Assembly (NCBI GenBank): GCA_964514995.1
Contig: CAZETA010000004.1
Coordinates: forward strand, 1 to 56,927
Direction: 5' to 3'
Source of the DNA: an uncultured Gammaproteobacteria bacterium
GTDB taxonomy: Bacteria; Patescibacteriota; Patescibacteriia; Magasanikbacterales; GWA2-37-8
DNA: 56,927 nt
The notes beneath the pieces are model-generated. The model did not search any database. It was not told the DNA's origin and saw only the letters and a program-made list of their open reading frames with translations. Positions within the stretch are counted from its first letter, which is position 1. Each line of letters begins with the position of its first letter. Of this stretch, positions 18,750 to 28,311 are shown piece by piece. The translations under genes and the position numbers were made by a program.

Positions 18750-19946
18750 ATGAACATTTTACAAATCAATACTACTGATCGTCGCGGGGGAGCTGCACAA
18801 ATAGCATGGTATATAAAGGAATGGTGTGAAAGATTAGGTTGGCAGAGTTCTATGTTTGTGGCCGATAAATTATCAAGCGGCAGATCAATCTTTCAAATCA
18901 AAAGAAGTAAAGTTGAAAAATTGCTAAGCGTCCTTTTTTCCAAGGATTTTTACAATAATCAAAGTATTTTAGATAGTCCTCAGTATAATTCCGCTAATCT
19001 TATTCATTTTCATAACCTCCACGGCCGTTATTTTAACCTGAATAATTTAATTTTAATGAGTCGTGCAAAGCCGGCGATATGGACATTGCATGATGAATGG
19101 GCTATTTCTGACCATGCAGTTTATACTTGGCAAAACGAAACAATAACAGATGGATTTTTTACTTGTGATGATCCTAAAATGCCAGAGAGATCCCTGTTTG
19201 ATAACAGCGCTAAATTAGCCAGGCGCAAAAAAATAATTTATTCCAAAAGTCAATTACACGTTGTTGTGCCGTCACTGTGGTTAAAACATCGAGTAGAAAA
19301 AAGCGCGCTCGGGAAGCAGAAGATACACCTGATTTATAATGGAATTGACAAAGATCTTTTTAGACCGGTAGCAAAGAAAGATGCTCGTCAAAAGCTTGGG
19401 CTGCCCTTCGATAAAAAAATAATTTTATGCCTTTCGGATGGCGGAAAAGATAGTCCGAGATGGAAAGGCTGGTCGTATACAAAAGAAATTATTCACAAGT
19501 ATAAGGCGAATAAAGATATTATTTTTTTGTGCGTTGGTAATGACGCTCAGCAGGCCGATACGGAAAATATAAAATACTTTGGCTTAATTAAGCAATCTGA
19601 ATTAGCCGAATTTTATTCGGCCGCTGATGTGTATCTGCACACCTCTCTAGCCGACAACTTCCCCTTAGTGATTCTTGAGGCCATGGCCTGTGGCCTGCCA
19701 GTCGTAAGCTTTAATGTCGGTGGGGTTGGAGAAGCAGTTATCCATAAGGTTACAGGTTATGTGGCTGGCTATAAAGATATTAATGATTTGGTAAATGGTA
19801 TCGAATATATTTTTCGGTTAAACCAGGATCAGATAGATGTAATACGAAATTCCTCCATAAAGAGAGTGGAGGATCATTTTACGTTAGAAAAAATGTGTAC
19901 TCAGTATATTAATTTGTATAAACAAGTGTGTGAATCTTTACAATAA
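18750..19946 (+). CDS. Glycosyltransferase family 4 (GT-B)
   Basis: 398 aa. SLADNFPLVILEAMACGLPVVSFNVGGVGE is the classical GT4 EX7E region. Confidence 0.85.
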   Translation: MNILQINTTDRRGGAAQIAWYIKEWCERLGWQSSMFVADKLSSGRSIFQIKRSKVEKLLSVLFSKDFYNNQSILDSPQYNSANLIHFHNLHGRYFNLNNLILMSRAKPAIWTLHDEWAISDHAVYTWQNETITDGFFTCDDPKMPERSLFDNSAKLARRKKIIYSKSQLHVVVPSLWLKHRVEKSALGKQKIHLIYNGIDKDLFRPVAKKDARQKLGLPFDKKIILCLSDGGKDSPRWKGWSYTKEIIHKYKANKDIIFLCVGNDAQQADTENIKYFGLIKQSELAEFYSAADVYLHTSLADNFPLVILEAMACGLPVVSFNVGGVGEAVIHKVTGYVAGYKDINDLVNGIEYIFRLNQDQIDVIRNSSIKRVEDHFTLEKMCTQYINLYKQVCESLQ

Positions 19947-20670
19947 AATTAAAAGTAAAATTTTTGATTCCATTTTTTTCTGCCCGCGCTGGTATGCAGT
20001 CTTTTTAAACCCTTATTTTATCAGTCGTTATTCTCTCTATAAACAAATGGTTAGATTCGCCATTAGCGTAGGAGCTAAGAAAAGAATTTTAGATATTGGT
20101 TGTGGTATAAAACCATATCAGACTTTATTTAGAAATTGTGAATATGTAGGTATTGATATTCAGGGCGGGGGACATGCTGATGTGGCAAAATTCGTTGACA
20201 GATACTATGACGGAGACACTATCCCTTATGGTGATGCAGAGTTTGATGTTATAATATGTACTCAGGTTCTTGAGCATGCTACCAATCCCGAGCGGGTAAT
20301 TCAGGAATCTTATCGCGTTTTAAAACCGGGCGGCACAGTTATTTATACCCTGCCTATGGTGTATCCTGAACACGAGATCCCCTATGACTTTCGCCGTTTT
20401 ACCAGGTATGGGCTGGAAAAATATTTTAATTTAGCTAAATTTCATGCATTGACCATCAGTCAGACGAGCGGTTTATTTGGTGTTATGGGGCAATTATTTT
20501 CTGTATTTATTTTTGAATCGTTTAACGCCCGGAATTTTATTTTAAAATCATTTAAATTTTTTTTAGTTATTTTTTTGCTTGCTCCTATACAAATTTTAAG
20601 TTTACTACTTGATAAGATTTTTAAGTATAACCACTTAACTTTGGATTACGTGGTAGTTGCTAATAAATAA
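19930..20670 (+). CDS. Class I SAM-dependent methyltransferase (Methyltransf_11-like) with hydrophobic C-terminus
   Basis: ILDIGCGIKPY (motif I), FDVIICTQVLEH and YRVLKPGGTVIYT. Two C-terminal hydrophobic helices. Confidence 0.75.
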   Translation: MNLYNKIKSKIFDSIFFCPRWYAVFLNPYFISRYSLYKQMVRFAISVGAKKRILDIGCGIKPYQTLFRNCEYVGIDIQGGGHADVAKFVDRYYDGDTIPYGDAEFDVIICTQVLEHATNPERVIQESYRVLKPGGTVIYTLPMVYPEHEIPYDFRRFTRYGLEKYFNLAKFHALTISQTSGLFGVMGQLFSVFIFESFNARNFILKSFKFFLVIFLLAPIQILSLLLDKIFKYNHLTLDYVVVANK

Positions 20671-20672
20671 AT

Positions 20673-21296
20673 ATGTTAAAACGAATCCTTCAAAAAATAA
20701 GAGCCCGACGATGGTTTAGAGACAATGCCGAAACTACCTTGCGACTTAACTATGATTTGAATGAAAGCTCTACAGTCTTTGATCTTGGCGGGTATGAGGG
20801 GCAGTGGACAGGCGATATATATGCAAAGTATCATTGCACTGTACATGTTTTTGAACCTGTAGCGAGTTTTTATGAAAAAATTAGGGAAAGGTTCAAAAAC
20901 AATCAAAATATTTCTCTTTATAAATACGGACTTTCGGGTAGTAATCGAATCGATAAAATATCAATAAATAAGAACTCTTCCTCGATATATCGTACTGTGG
21001 GAAAAAATTTTGAAGATGTTGAAATCAGGGATGTGGTGGAGTTTTTTAGCCAGCACGCTATTACCAAAGTTGATTTGATGAAGATAAATATTGAAGGCGG
21101 TGAGTATGAGCTTTTGGAAAGGATTATTGAATCTGGTTTGGTACGCAAAATTAACAACCTGCAAATTCAGTTCCACGATTTTTTCCCGGGGGCTAGAAAA
21201 CGTATGAAAAATATCCAGAGCTCATTACTAAAAACGCACCATCTAACTTATCAATATCCTTTTGTTTGGGAAAATTGGGAGTTAAATAATGTTTAA
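20673..21296 (+). CDS. FkbM-family methyltransferase
   Basis: 207 aa. VFDLGGYEGQWT, VHVFEP and LMKINIEGGEYELL. Confidence 0.7.
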   Translation: MLKRILQKIRARRWFRDNAETTLRLNYDLNESSTVFDLGGYEGQWTGDIYAKYHCTVHVFEPVASFYEKIRERFKNNQNISLYKYGLSGSNRIDKISINKNSSSIYRTVGKNFEDVEIRDVVEFFSQHAITKVDLMKINIEGGEYELLERIIESGLVRKINNLQIQFHDFFPGARKRMKNIQSSLLKTHHLTYQYPFVWENWELNNV

Positions 21297-21301
21297 AATT
21301 T

Positions 21302-22168
21302 ATGATCATTACCAGATTGCAAGGCGGTCTCGGGAATCAATTGTTCCAGTATGCTGCCGGTCGAGCATTGGCGCAGAAGCGCCAAACAAATCTTAAGGTT
21401 GATTTTAGCGGCCATAAAGGCGATATCGCTAGGTCGTATAAATTATCTTTTTTTAATATTGACACTGAATTTGCTACAACTGAAGAAGTTGCTAATTTTA
21501 GTAAATGGTACAACCAGGGTCGGTTAGCAAAATTTACAAATCGGCTGCCTCTCCGACTTAATCGTCATTATTTTAAAGAGCCTCATTTTCATTTTACTCC
21601 TGAATTTTTTGGTTTAGATGACGATGTTTATATTGAAGGTTACTGGCAAAGTGATAAGTATTTTTCATCAATCGAAGATACTATCCGGCAAGAAGTGGTC
21701 CTTAAGAAAGCATATGCAGTCCAGAATGAAGAATTATTTTCTTTAATCCGTAATAACGACTCAGTCTCGTTACATGTCCGCCGCGGAGATTACGTGGCTA
21801 ATGCGACCACCTTGAAGATGCACGGTGTCTGTACGCCGGAGTATTATCGTAGGGCGATAGATGCGATAAAAGAAAAAATTTCCAAACCGTATTTTTTTGT
21901 TTTTTCCGATGATCCGGAGTGGGTCAAAAGTAATTTTACATTTACCGATCCGTACAGAATTGTTAGCGCCGAAGGCTATACCGATTACCAAGAGTTGAGT
22001 ATTATGAGTCATTGTAAACATAATATCGTGGCTAATAGCTCTTTTAGTTGGTGGGGAGCCTGGCTTGGCAATAATTCCGATAAGATCGTGATCGCACCTC
22101 GGCAGTGGTTTAGCGGATTTAAAGGTGATACGAAAGATTTACTGCCCCAACGTTGGTTAAAATTATAA
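21302..22168 (+). CDS. alpha-1,2-fucosyltransferase (GT11)
   Basis: 288 aa. GGLGNQLFQYAAGRALA, HVRRGDY and NSSFSWWGAWL are the GT11 signature motifs. GDP-fucose genes lie in the same locus. Confidence 0.88.
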   Translation: MIITRLQGGLGNQLFQYAAGRALAQKRQTNLKVDFSGHKGDIARSYKLSFFNIDTEFATTEEVANFSKWYNQGRLAKFTNRLPLRLNRHYFKEPHFHFTPEFFGLDDDVYIEGYWQSDKYFSSIEDTIRQEVVLKKAYAVQNEELFSLIRNNDSVSLHVRRGDYVANATTLKMHGVCTPEYYRRAIDAIKEKISKPYFFVFSDDPEWVKSNFTFTDPYRIVSAEGYTDYQELSIMSHCKHNIVANSSFSWWGAWLGNNSDKIVIAPRQWFSGFKGDTKDLLPQRWLKL

Positions 22169-22173
22169 AGCAT

Positions 22174-24000
22174 ATGTGTGGTATTGTCGGCATTATTGCT
22201 TCAGAATCACCCATTGATGAATACCGTTCGCGCCTGGGGAGCATGGTTGAGGCGCTCAAACACCGAGGCCCGGACGAGCAGGGACAGCATTTTTTTTCAG
22301 AGCAGTGCGCTTTTGGACATACCCGGCTTAGTATCGTTGATCTTAAAACCGGCCAGCAGCCCATGCTCACGCCCGACCAGACCGTGGGCGTTACGTTTAA
22401 TGGTGAGTTATATGGTTATCAAGAAATTCGGCAGCGTTTATCATATCCGTTTAAAACTAATTCTGATACAGAGGTCCTGTTAGCACTGTACCGTAACTAC
22501 GGAGAGGAGATGGTGGCGCAAGTTCCCGGCATGTTTGCGTTTGCGCTTTGGGATAATACAGAAAAAAAATTAATCTGCGCGCGCGATCGTTTTGGTGAAA
22601 AACCATTTTATTATGCTGTCGGGGGAAATGGCGAGTTTGTTTTTGGCTCTGAAATCAAAAGCATTCTTGCGAGCGGTCTGGTAACGCCGATTTTGGATAA
22701 GGAAATGGTGGCGTATTATCTCCGACACTTATATATCCATCCGACACGCACAGTGTATAAAAATATTTTTACTTTGCCTCCGGCACATCGTTTGGTCTAC
22801 CAGCGAGGTAAAATAGCTGTCTCTCGGTATTGGCAATTTCCAACCGTTAATTCTGCCATTACTCTTACAGACGCAAAAGATCGATTCGCCGATCTTCTTT
22901 CGCAGGCGGTTAGAAAACAATTGGTGGCCGATGTGCCGGTCGGAGCATTTTTGAGTGGCGGACTAGATTCAAGTACCATTACCGCCCTTGCCAGTCGATT
23001 TGTACCACATCTTAAAACTTTTTCTTTTGCTTTTGAAGGCGGGTTGGATGAATCAAATTTTGCCAGGGAAGTCGCCCAGAAATACGGCACCGATCATACC
23101 GAACTATCAGCTGCAACAGTGGATGTCGCAAGCATTTTACAAAAAATGACCCAGGTCTACGATGAGCCGTTTGCCGATTCTTCCAATATCCCGACATATA
23201 TATTGGCAGGACTGGCCAAACAACACGCTACGGTTGTCTTAACCGGAGATGGGGGAGATGAGCTGCTTGGCGGATATGCGCAATGGTATCAGCCGCTTCT
23301 CACCATGTCGCAATTGCGACCGTCTTTAAAAGAATATATGAGTTGGTTTGCAAAGTGCATCACCAGTCTTATAACGCTGCAGAAATCTCAAGCCTGGTAT
23401 AGATATAAAGGATGGCGTTTAAAAAAACAATACCCTTCAATTATGGCTGCTCACGAGTCTCAGAATACATATTTTTCATCAAGGGACATTTTAAACTTAG
23501 GATTAAAAATTCCTGCAGTAGCCAGGGATTCGGGTTGGGTGCCCCTAAATACTTTAGACGATGCTATGAGAATGGACTTGGAAAATTATATGCCTGGTGA
23601 TATTTTAGTAAAGACCGACCGGGCGGCCATGGCCCACGCGCTTGAGCTTCGGGCGCCGTTTTTGGATGTAGATTTTGCCGAATTTTGCTTGTCTCTGTCG
23701 TACACGTTAAAAATTAACGGGCGAGAGGAAAAAATTATCTTGCGTGAAGCATGTCGTTCTCTGTGGCCGATGAGTGTGCAAAAACGTTCAAAACAAGGTT
23801 TTGGCGCGCCGGTAGAAAGATGGCTGCAGTTAGCCGGAGTGCAAAAACTAAAAGAAGAATATCTCTTCAATAAGGATGCTAAATTGTGGAAAATAATTCC
23901 TTTTGAGCAAGGTCAAGAGTTTGCTCAAAAAGACTCGTATCAAACCTGGACACTACTTGTTCTTAGTATGTGGGCAGAAGCTCATTCATTTAATATATAA
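22174..24000 (+). CDS. Asparagine synthase (glutamine-hydrolysing)-family amidotransferase
   Basis: MCGIVGI Ntn-nucleophile start at 22174, just after the upstream stop at 22166-22168. PP-loop SGGLDSS and a C-terminal AsnB domain. Confidence 0.9.
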   Translation: MCGIVGIIASESPIDEYRSRLGSMVEALKHRGPDEQGQHFFSEQCAFGHTRLSIVDLKTGQQPMLTPDQTVGVTFNGELYGYQEIRQRLSYPFKTNSDTEVLLALYRNYGEEMVAQVPGMFAFALWDNTEKKLICARDRFGEKPFYYAVGGNGEFVFGSEIKSILASGLVTPILDKEMVAYYLRHLYIHPTRTVYKNIFTLPPAHRLVYQRGKIAVSRYWQFPTVNSAITLTDAKDRFADLLSQAVRKQLVADVPVGAFLSGGLDSSTITALASRFVPHLKTFSFAFEGGLDESNFAREVAQKYGTDHTELSAATVDVASILQKMTQVYDEPFADSSNIPTYILAGLAKQHATVVLTGDGGDELLGGYAQWYQPLLTMSQLRPSLKEYMSWFAKCITSLITLQKSQAWYRYKGWRLKKQYPSIMAAHESQNTYFSSRDILNLGLKIPAVARDSGWVPLNTLDDAMRMDLENYMPGDILVKTDRAAMAHALELRAPFLDVDFAEFCLSLSYTLKINGREEKIILREACRSLWPMSVQKRSKQGFGAPVERWLQLAGVQKLKEEYLFNKDAKLWKIIPFEQGQEFAQKDSYQTWTLLVLSMWAEAHSFNI

Positions 24001-24002
24001 AT

Positions 24003-24812
24003 ATGTCTTCACCACGCGTCAGTGTTCTTATGGAAGTAAGTTTTGGAGTTGATTTTTTACGGCTCGCCGTTATAAGTATTTTAAAACAAACCTTTACTGA
24101 TTTTGAACTTATTGTTGTTGCAAATTGCGCAAAAGATGATGTGTTGAAAGCTCTGGAAGATTTTCAGGCTCAGGATTCGCGCGTCAGTGTTTTAACTACC
24201 GCAGAACGTGTGACGCTGGCGGAGGCGATGAATAAGGCATTTGTTCGTTCTCGGGGAGAGTATGTTGCGCGTATGGATGCCGATGATATTGCCTTTCCGG
24301 ATCGTCTTGAAAAAGAAGTTAATTTTTTAGACCAGCATCCTGAGATTGGACTCGTCGGCGGTCAAGTGATTATTATCGATAAGGATAGCCGTGAAACAGG
24401 CGAACGATTATCATACCCGTTGAATCATGAGTTGATTTTTTCTACACTGATAAAGACCAATCCTTTTTGTCATCCTTCAGTCATGATGCGGCGATTGGTT
24501 TTAGAAAAGGCGGGCGGGTATGACACCGTAGTCGTGCGAGCCCAGGATTACCATCTGTGGTTTAAGGTAATTGCGCAGACAAAAGTTGCCAATCTGGATT
24601 CAGTTTTATTACGCTATCGTATTAGCGATGCCAGCGCTTCGGTTCGACAGCGGCGAACTTCCTACCGTTCAATGCTGACGGCTCAGTGGAAAGCAATCAA
24701 AAGTGGATTATATCCGTGGTGGAATATTATATATTGCCTGCGCACCTTAGCGCTTTTAGTATTGCCGCGAAGTTTTGCTCAAAAAATTAAGAAACAGATT
24801 CATACAATTTAG
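24003..24812 (+). CDS. Glycosyltransferase family 2
   Basis: 269 aa. GT-A fold with an ARMDADD (DxD) region. 26-bp tail-to-tail overlap with the next gene. Confidence 0.8.
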   Translation: MSSPRVSVLMEVSFGVDFLRLAVISILKQTFTDFELIVVANCAKDDVLKALEDFQAQDSRVSVLTTAERVTLAEAMNKAFVRSRGEYVARMDADDIAFPDRLEKEVNFLDQHPEIGLVGGQVIIIDKDSRETGERLSYPLNHELIFSTLIKTNPFCHPSVMMRRLVLEKAGGYDTVVVRAQDYHLWFKVIAQTKVANLDSVLLRYRISDASASVRQRRTSYRSMLTAQWKAIKSGLYPWWNIIYCLRTLALLVLPRSFAQKIKKQIHTI

Positions 24813-25896
24813 TGTATTCTGCAACCATAGTTGCGGCAGAAAAATCAATCGTGTTTTTCTGTGTCTTTTCTCGAGATGAAATTCTTTGTGCCAGAGCATG
24901 TAGCAGCTCTCCTTTTGAGTCTGGTGAAAAACAATATTTTTCGTCAACGATCTCTGGAATACCTCCAACTTTTGAGGCGACAACGGGTACGTTGGCCTGT
25001 GTAGCTTCCAAAATACTTAACGGGATACCCTCGTATATAGATGGTAGAATAAATAAATCGAAGCCTTTAAGATACGCAGATCCAGGAAGCATCTCTCCTA
25101 GTAGAAATACGTCATTTTCTAGTTGCAACCTCTGTATTAGATTTTCATACGTACGTCGGTCAGGTCCCTCGCCGACTAATAAGAGTTTTGCGGTAGGAAT
25201 AAGGCATTGCACTTCTTTGAAATTTTTGATTATAAATTCGTAATTTTTTGGATACGCATACCGACCGATAGAACCAATAACAAAACTATTGCCAAAATCA
25301 ACACCTGTTTTTTGAGAGAAAATTTTTCTCGCCCCATCCCTTGAGTACGAGGCTGTGTTTTCTGCATCGATGCCGTTATAAATTAATCGGCCTTTCTTAG
25401 CCATGCCAATTTTGGCTGCATATGCAAAATTATACTTGCTGACAAAAATTATCTGGTCAATAAATGTAAGTAAAAAAGAGAAGATTATTTTATAGCTAAA
25501 TCGAAGCCAGGAAGAATTCGTATGGTTGGGATCAAGAAAAGAGAGTCCGTGCAGAGTCGCAACCGCTTTTTTATTTGCCAGTTTTGCGCCAACTGCCCCG
25601 ACTAAAGCGTTTGAGCTATTGAGGTGAACAATATCAATCTGTTCTTTTTTACAAAAATTATACAGTTCAATGATAAATCCAAGGTTTTTAAAGGGGTTGT
25701 GCGTTCGGCCAAGGTTTTTAAAGAGACGAAAAGAAATATTTTCTTTGCAAATTTCCTCTTTTAGATATCCGTCATCACCACAGCCAACAATTATATCCCA
25801 TCCCTCTTTTTTGATCCCTCTTGCCAGGGTAAGAACAAATTGCTGAGCCCCCCCGATCTCGCCTCTGGTGACAATAATTAAGACCTTTTTTTTCAT
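24787..25896 (-). CDS. Glycosyltransferase family 4 (GT-B)
   Basis: 369 aa. IVTRGEIGGAQQFV N-terminus and PSIYEGIPLSILEATQANVPVVASKVGGIPE EX7E region. Confidence 0.85.
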   Translation of the reverse strand: MKKKVLIIVTRGEIGGAQQFVLTLARGIKKEGWDIIVGCGDDGYLKEEICKENISFRLFKNLGRTHNPFKNLGFIIELYNFCKKEQIDIVHLNSSNALVGAVGAKLANKKAVATLHGLSFLDPNHTNSSWLRFSYKIIFSFLLTFIDQIIFVSKYNFAYAAKIGMAKKGRLIYNGIDAENTASYSRDGARKIFSQKTGVDFGNSFVIGSIGRYAYPKNYEFIIKNFKEVQCLIPTAKLLLVGEGPDRRTYENLIQRLQLENDVFLLGEMLPGSAYLKGFDLFILPSIYEGIPLSILEATQANVPVVASKVGGIPEIVDEKYCFSPDSKGELLHALAQRISSREKTQKNTIDFSAATMVAEYTKLYESVS

Positions 25897-25957
25897 ATTC
25901 TTGCTATTTTTTAGCCCTTGATTTATAATTGTACCGTTAACCTATCACTAGAAATAT

Positions 25958-27334
25958 ATGAAGATTTTGTATATTGGCGCTGGTTTTGTTGGTGCTTGTT
26001 CAGCTGCTGTTTCGGCAAATAGTGGACATAAGACATTAGTTTTTGATGTGGATCAGAAGAAGGTGGATATGCTAAGCTCGAATGACCGTGATACCATTGA
26101 ATCTTGTTTATTTGAGAAAGGACTCGGTGATGCGTTGGTACGAAATAAAGATTATATACAATTTACCACGGAACGCCGGAAAATGGAAGAATTTTTGGAG
26201 GACTGTGACGCGGTATTTATGTGCCTGCCGACTCCGGAAGTGGGAGAGACCGGGGAGACTGATCTAGGTTTCTATACTGCCGCCCTAAACAGCTTAGCGG
26301 CTTCTTTGGTACAGAGAAATCAAGGCACTCAGAGTAGGTATGTTGTAATCATAAACAAGAGTACTGTGCCAGTGGGTATGGCAGAAAAAGCCTGGCTCGA
26401 ACTGCGGGAGAAGGGTGTGCAAAATTACGGTGTTGTGTCTAATCCAGAATTTTTAGTAGGCGGTAAGGCTATAGAAGGGGCCATGAAGCCAGATCGAATC
26501 GTTGTGGGCGCAAAGACTCAAAAGGATTTTGAAGTTGTGCGTGATATTTATCAGAGGTTCTATGATGATCCGGAAGTTAAATATTTAGAAGTTACCACGG
26601 CGGAGGCAGAAGCCGGTAAGTTGTTGGCGAATTTTTATTTATTTCAAAAGCTCACCATCTGTTTTGATGTGATCGGGAGAACCTGTGAAGCGTTTTCCGA
26701 TATACGGTTTGAGAACGTTCGCAAAATTTTAACTTCAGATAAACGAATCGGCAGTTGGGGGTTTTACAACAGTCTATATGCAGGTGGTAGTTGTTTGATC
26801 AAAGATGCCAGATCTCTTTCGTATCAATTAGAAGTCGTTGGCAAAAATAGCGAATTAGTCGATCAGGTATATTTAGCTAACAAAAGACAGTTAGATTTCT
26901 TTTTGTCCCGTTTTGAGACCGAGGCTCAGGGTGTGTGGAAAGATAAGCGGGTAGCAGTGCTCGGCCTTTCTTTTAAGCGTGATACAAATGACACTCGCAA
27001 TTCTCCCAGTCTTACTATCGTCAATTTCTTAAAGGAAAAAGGTGTTTCTGAAATAAGGCTTACCGACCCTGCTGCCAGCGAGGGTTTTCGTCATTTTTTC
27101 CCGGAAAATGAGCTGGTTAAATATTTCTCTCATGAGTTTGATGCCGTCCGTGATGCGGACGTAATAATTATTGCCACCGATTGGCCGCAGTATCGCGGTT
27201 TGGCGGACGTAATCATTGAAGAATTGAAGGGTAAACCATTGATTATGGACGGCCGACGTATTTTGCAGCATAGATATAATGATTTAGCTAAAGCCGGGTT
27301 CCATGTCATAGCGGTCGGTTCTCCTTTTATCTAA
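25958..27334 (+). CDS. ugd: UDP-glucose/GDP-mannose dehydrogenase family protein (UDP-glucose 6-dehydrogenase-like)
   Basis: 458 aa. GAGFVG Rossmann start, NPEFL, catalytic GGSCLIKD and C-terminal LGLSFKRDTNDTRNSP. Confidence 0.85.
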   Translation: MKILYIGAGFVGACSAAVSANSGHKTLVFDVDQKKVDMLSSNDRDTIESCLFEKGLGDALVRNKDYIQFTTERRKMEEFLEDCDAVFMCLPTPEVGETGETDLGFYTAALNSLAASLVQRNQGTQSRYVVIINKSTVPVGMAEKAWLELREKGVQNYGVVSNPEFLVGGKAIEGAMKPDRIVVGAKTQKDFEVVRDIYQRFYDDPEVKYLEVTTAEAEAGKLLANFYLFQKLTICFDVIGRTCEAFSDIRFENVRKILTSDKRIGSWGFYNSLYAGGSCLIKDARSLSYQLEVVGKNSELVDQVYLANKRQLDFFLSRFETEAQGVWKDKRVAVLGLSFKRDTNDTRNSPSLTIVNFLKEKGVSEIRLTDPAASEGFRHFFPENELVKYFSHEFDAVRDADVIIIATDWPQYRGLADVIIEELKGKPLIMDGRRILQHRYNDLAKAGFHVIAVGSPFI

Positions 27335-27341
27335 AAATATT

Positions 27342-28259
27342 ATGTCAAAATACCTCGTGACCGGCGGTGCAGGCTTTATTGGCACCAACATCACTAAAAA
27401 ATTATTGGCCGATGGTCATCAGGTGGTTGTGTTTGATAATTATGCCGCCGGCAAAATGCCGGACAGAATATTGCCCGGTGCTACCTATATTGAGGGCGAT
27501 ATCCGTAACCTTGAGGATCTGCACAATGTCTGTTCCCAGGGCTTTGATGGTATTTTTCATTTGGCCGCCTTGCCGCGGGTATTGTTTTCTGTTGAACATC
27601 CGCTTGAAACGCACCAGACAAATGTAGATGGCACGCTAAATGTTCTGCTCGCCGCGCGAGATTATAAAATAAAACGGGTAGTGTTTGCCACCTCTTCTTC
27701 CGCCTATGGCGACCAGCCCAAGTTGCCATTTACCGAAGACGGAGTGTTAAAGAAACCATTAAGCCCCTATGCCATGCACAAGTTGTTTGGGGAAGAGTAT
27801 TGCCGCTTATTTTCCGAATTATACGGAGTAGAAACGGTATCTCTCTGTTATTTTAACGTGTATGGCCCATATCTTGATCCGGATGGCGCCTATGCGCTGG
27901 TGATAGGCAAGTTTTTGAAACAACGCACCCAGGGCCAGCCGCTCACTATCAGAGGTGATGGCGAGATGAAAAGAGATTTCACGCATGTTGATGATGTGGT
28001 ACGGGCAAATATTTTAGCCATGACAAAGGATACTGTGGGTAAAGGCGAAGTGCTTAACATTGGCAATAGTCATCCGGTGTCTGTAAACGAACTCGCAGCC
28101 TTAATTGGCGGTCTGACCGTGAATGTGCCGACGCTACCAGGAGAGATGCAAGTGACACATGCAGATTATTCTAAGGCCAAAAAATTGCTTGGCTGGGAGC
28201 CAACCATTTCTTTGGAAGAAGGCATCCGGGATTTAAAGAAAGAATGGGGTATAGATTAG
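27342..28259 (+). CDS. NAD-dependent nucleotide-sugar epimerase/dehydratase (extended SDR; UDP-sugar 4-epimerase-like)
   Basis: 305 aa. TGGAGFIG, SSSAYG and YAMHK (YxxxK). It lies directly after ugd. Confidence 0.85.
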   Translation: MSKYLVTGGAGFIGTNITKKLLADGHQVVVFDNYAAGKMPDRILPGATYIEGDIRNLEDLHNVCSQGFDGIFHLAALPRVLFSVEHPLETHQTNVDGTLNVLLAARDYKIKRVVFATSSSAYGDQPKLPFTEDGVLKKPLSPYAMHKLFGEEYCRLFSELYGVETVSLCYFNVYGPYLDPDGAYALVIGKFLKQRTQGQPLTIRGDGEMKRDFTHVDDVVRANILAMTKDTVGKGEVLNIGNSHPVSVNELAALIGGLTVNVPTLPGEMQVTHADYSKAKKLLGWEPTISLEEGIRDLKKEWGID

Positions 28260-28267
28260 AGAAAATT

Positions 28268-28305
28268 AAAACAAAACTCGCATCCTTTGGTGCGAGTTTT
28301 GTTTT
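28268..28305. terminator. Bidirectional rho-independent terminator between the epimerase gene and rpmA
   Basis: AAAACAAAACTCGCA (28268-28282), loop TCCTTTGG, TGCGAGTTTTGTTTT (28291-28305). A/T tracts on both sides serve the convergent genes. Confidence 0.75.
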
Positions 28306-28311
28306 AAAAAT

